64,000 nucleotides of DNA, taken from positions 1 through 64,000 of the IMG/VR virus record IMGVR_UViG_3300028558_000791. One strand, given 5' to 3'. Both the position numbers and the translations under genes were made by a program. Positions 62,016-64,000 of the stretch are shown here, one piece after another. Below the pieces are notes generated by a model, which saw only the letters and a list, made by a program, of their open reading frames with translations, did not search any database and had not been told where the DNA came from. Every line of letters begins with the position of its first letter. Positions within the stretch are counted from its first letter, which is position 1.

Positions 62016-62222
62016 ATGCATCCTGAGATTAGGAAATTCTGGGAAGATGCTGGCCATGTTGTACATGGCCCTTCCATTATAGATACATATGAGATATACA
62101 TTGGTCCTGGTCCAGCTAGACTAATTGAAACAATTGCTCACGGCAACAAGTACCGATTTAATAAACAATGGTATTCGGAAGAGGAAGCGCTAAGGATTAT
62201 CAAGCTAAAAGCTTTTCTTTAA
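62016..62222 (+). CDS. Hypothetical phage protein
   Basis: C-terminal LKAFL. Confidence 0.5.
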   Translation: MHPEIRKFWEDAGHVVHGPSIIDTYEIYIGPGPARLIETIAHGNKYRFNKQWYSEEEALRIIKLKAFL

Positions 62223-62259
62223 CCTATCAATAGGTGGATATATAAGATACGCTATTTAA

Positions 62260-62335
62260 GTCGTCGTACCCAAATGGTTAAGGGACGGAGCTGCAACCTC
62301 CGTATGTGTCCGTTCGAATCGGACCGACGACTCCA
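62260..62335 (+). tRNA. tRNA-Cys(GCA)
   Basis: CGGAG-CTGCAAC-CTCCG; U73. Confidence 0.93.
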
Positions 62336-62344
62336 TACCACTAA

Positions 62345-62434
62345 GGAGATTTGCGTGAGTGGTTGAAACGGTCACCCTGGAAAGGTGAAGGGGTCGCAAG
62401 GCTCCCATGGGTTCGAATCCCATAGTCTCCTCCA
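62345..62434 (+). tRNA. tRNA-Ser(GGA)
   Basis: Type II cloverleaf. Confidence 0.93.
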
Positions 62435-62440
62435 AAACAA

Positions 62441-62638
62441 ATGTGCTATCTATGTTTACAAGACAATCCATTTAATATCCAGGATTTATCTAAAGAAAAG
62501 ATAGATATTAAGAGGAATAGAGCTAAGTTAGTTAAAGAGCTATTAGAGTTTTATTATAAAGAAGTTGTTTGTGATGATGGTAAGTTGGAGATAATAAAAC
62601 TAAAAGAAGAGCAGTATAAATTATCCCGAGAGATGTAA
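62441..62638 (+). CDS. Small hypothetical protein
   Basis: ORF filling the gap between tRNAs. Confidence 0.45.
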   Translation: MCYLCLQDNPFNIQDLSKEKIDIKRNRAKLVKELLEFYYKEVVCDDGKLEIIKLKEEQYKLSREM

Positions 62639-62643
62639 TATAT

Positions 62644-62733
62644 GGAAACTTGGCCGAGTGGTTTAAGGCGCTAGTCTTGAAAACTAGAGATCTCGAAAGG
62701 GGTCCGGGGGTTCGAATCCCTCAGTTTCCGCCA
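62644..62733 (+). tRNA. tRNA-Ser(TGA)
   Basis: Type II cloverleaf. Confidence 0.95.
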
Positions 62734-62755
62734 GATTCATTATTGAAAGATTAGA

Positions 62756-63676
62756 ATGAATAAGATTGCAACATTAGTAGGATGTGCCATTGGAGATGCT
62801 CTTGGCAATCCATTTGAGATGTGGAGTGTCCATGAGCCCAAGCTTAAAGAGTGGGATGGTCAGTTCAAAGCTGGCGGTACTTTCTGGGTAGGAGAGGCCG
62901 GACAATATACCGATGATACCCTAATGAGCCTTGCTTTGTCATATTCTTTGCTTGAGAAGAGCGGATTCGATCAAGAGCACGTAGGTCTTCAGTACTTGGC
63001 TTGGATGGAGTCTGGTAACACTCGCGGTATTGGCGGGACTACTCACAGAGCTTTGACACGAATGAAGAACGGAGCATCCGCTCTTGAGAGTGGTGTTACC
63101 CATAACGATGGCAAGCCTGCCTCTGGTAATGGAACTGCTATGAGAGCCACACCAATTGGCCTCTGGTACCGTAAAGATATCGGCAAGTTGATTGAGGTTG
63201 CAATGGCGGACGCATCCATCACTCATAATTCATTTGAACCCAAGATGGGTTCTGTGGCGGTTGCACTAGGTACTGCATTGATTGCTAATGGTGCAACTGA
63301 CATGATTGAGGTCTTAGAAGAGGTAGCTGAGGTAATCTCTGAATCTATTGTCAAAGAGAAGTTAGTATTGGCCTTAACCCATCTAAAACTGGGTACCGAA
63401 CATTTTGAGGCCCTTGCGCAGATCGGCGTCAATGGCTATGTTCCAGAGACGGTTGGCGCGGCATTCTATTGTTTAGGGGCCAACGCAAACTATAGAGATA
63501 CTGTAGTGTTAGCTGTCAAGGCTGGCGGAGATACTGATACCACTGCGGCGATTGCTGGTGGCATGGCTGGTACTTTATACGGACTTGATGGTATTCCATT
63601 AGAATATAAGGATAAAGTAGAGAATTTCGAGTTATTGCAATCATTGACTGATGAACTTGTCAATAATGAGATATAA
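62756..63676 (+). CDS. ADP-ribosylglycohydrolase (DraG/ARH family)
   Basis: GDALG, YTDDT, GNGTAMR, GGDTDT. Confidence 0.93.
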   Translation: MNKIATLVGCAIGDALGNPFEMWSVHEPKLKEWDGQFKAGGTFWVGEAGQYTDDTLMSLALSYSLLEKSGFDQEHVGLQYLAWMESGNTRGIGGTTHRALTRMKNGASALESGVTHNDGKPASGNGTAMRATPIGLWYRKDIGKLIEVAMADASITHNSFEPKMGSVAVALGTALIANGATDMIEVLEEVAEVISESIVKEKLVLALTHLKLGTEHFEALAQIGVNGYVPETVGAAFYCLGANANYRDTVVLAVKAGGDTDTTAAIAGGMAGTLYGLDGIPLEYKDKVENFELLQSLTDELVNNEI

Positions 63677-63691
63677 TAGTTAGCATAACAC

Positions 63692-63781
63692 GGAGAGTTG
63701 TCCGAGTGGTCTATGGTGAGAGTTTGCTAAACTCTTGGGGTCGAAAGGCCCCCACAGGTTCGAATCCTGTACTCTCCGCCA
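63692..63781 (+). tRNA. tRNA-Ser(GCT)
   Basis: Type II cloverleaf. Confidence 0.93.
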
Positions 63782-63792
63782 CACTGTGTTAA

Positions 63793-63883
63793 GGAATAGT
63801 GCGTGAGTCCGGCTGAAACGGTCTGTCTCGAAAACAGAAGCTCCTTATGGGAGCCAGGGGTTCAAATCCCTTCTATTCCTCCA
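63793..63883 (+). tRNA. tRNA-Ser(CGA)
   Basis: Type II cloverleaf. Confidence 0.93.
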
Positions 63884-63890
63884 ACAATAC

Positions 63891-63961
63891 AGGGTCGAGT
63901 ATAGGATACAACGGAGCCTCCAAAACTCCGGAAGAGGGTTCAATTCCCTCCGGCCCTGCCA
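63891..63961 (+). tRNA. tRNA-Trp(CCA) with shrunken D arm
   Basis: AGGGTCG/CGGCCCT plus GCCA; loop CTCCAAA. Confidence 0.8.
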
Positions 63962-64000
63962 ACTATTATAGAATTGGTTATTACATGAAAAGGTGCGCTG

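Noticed and set aside
1-64000. Alternative genetic code (stop-codon reassignment)
   Set aside because: Recognisable genes (lysS, coaD, cdd, methylase, Ro60) are full length in code 11, and no canonical suppressor tRNA was seen.
1-64000. Cellular (bacterial/CPR) chromosome origin
   Set aside because: No rRNA, ribosomal protein or core operons; gene style and tRNA clustering are phage-like. No capsid or terminase gene is in the window, so the phage call remains an inference.

Overview
This window looks like part of a very large (jumbo/huge) bacteriophage genome. Genes are short, dense and almost all on the + strand, with sigma70-like promoters and no rRNA or core housekeeping operons. Host-like accessory genes include class II LysRS, TrmH methylase, CoaD, a CoaB fusion, cytidine deaminase, PARG, ARH, three NUDIX domains, C5 DNA methylase, 5'-3' exonuclease, OmpA and LemA/TPM. 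Cys-rich lipoproteins hint at a myxobacterial host (inference). The most striking content is an RNA system. (1) A Ro60/TROVE gene at 35788-37419. (2) Seven Y-RNA-like genes at 42.2-46.0 kb that share one terminal stem (5' ..RAAUG..GGAUUACA / ..AUCUU..UUUG-UY.. 3'; the 42504 copy lacks the inner motif) but carry different internal modules: none, a T-arm, a classical YrlA tRNA mimic, a circularly permuted tRNA with its own CCA, and large unknown folds. (3) About 27 tRNAs with readable anticodons plus about a dozen remodelled tRNA-like RNAs, including an 8/4 fold, expanded anticodon arms and two stand-alone 12-bp minihelices ending in CCA; these flank the Y RNAs. (4) An RNase P RNA, an RNA ligase and a 2H phosphoesterase. 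A second candidate system is a LemA-TPM locus in which four adjacent genes end in the same FGGGD(F/S)GGGGxSxDW tail. All RNA folds were read by eye and all protein calls rest on motif recognition; no searches were run.
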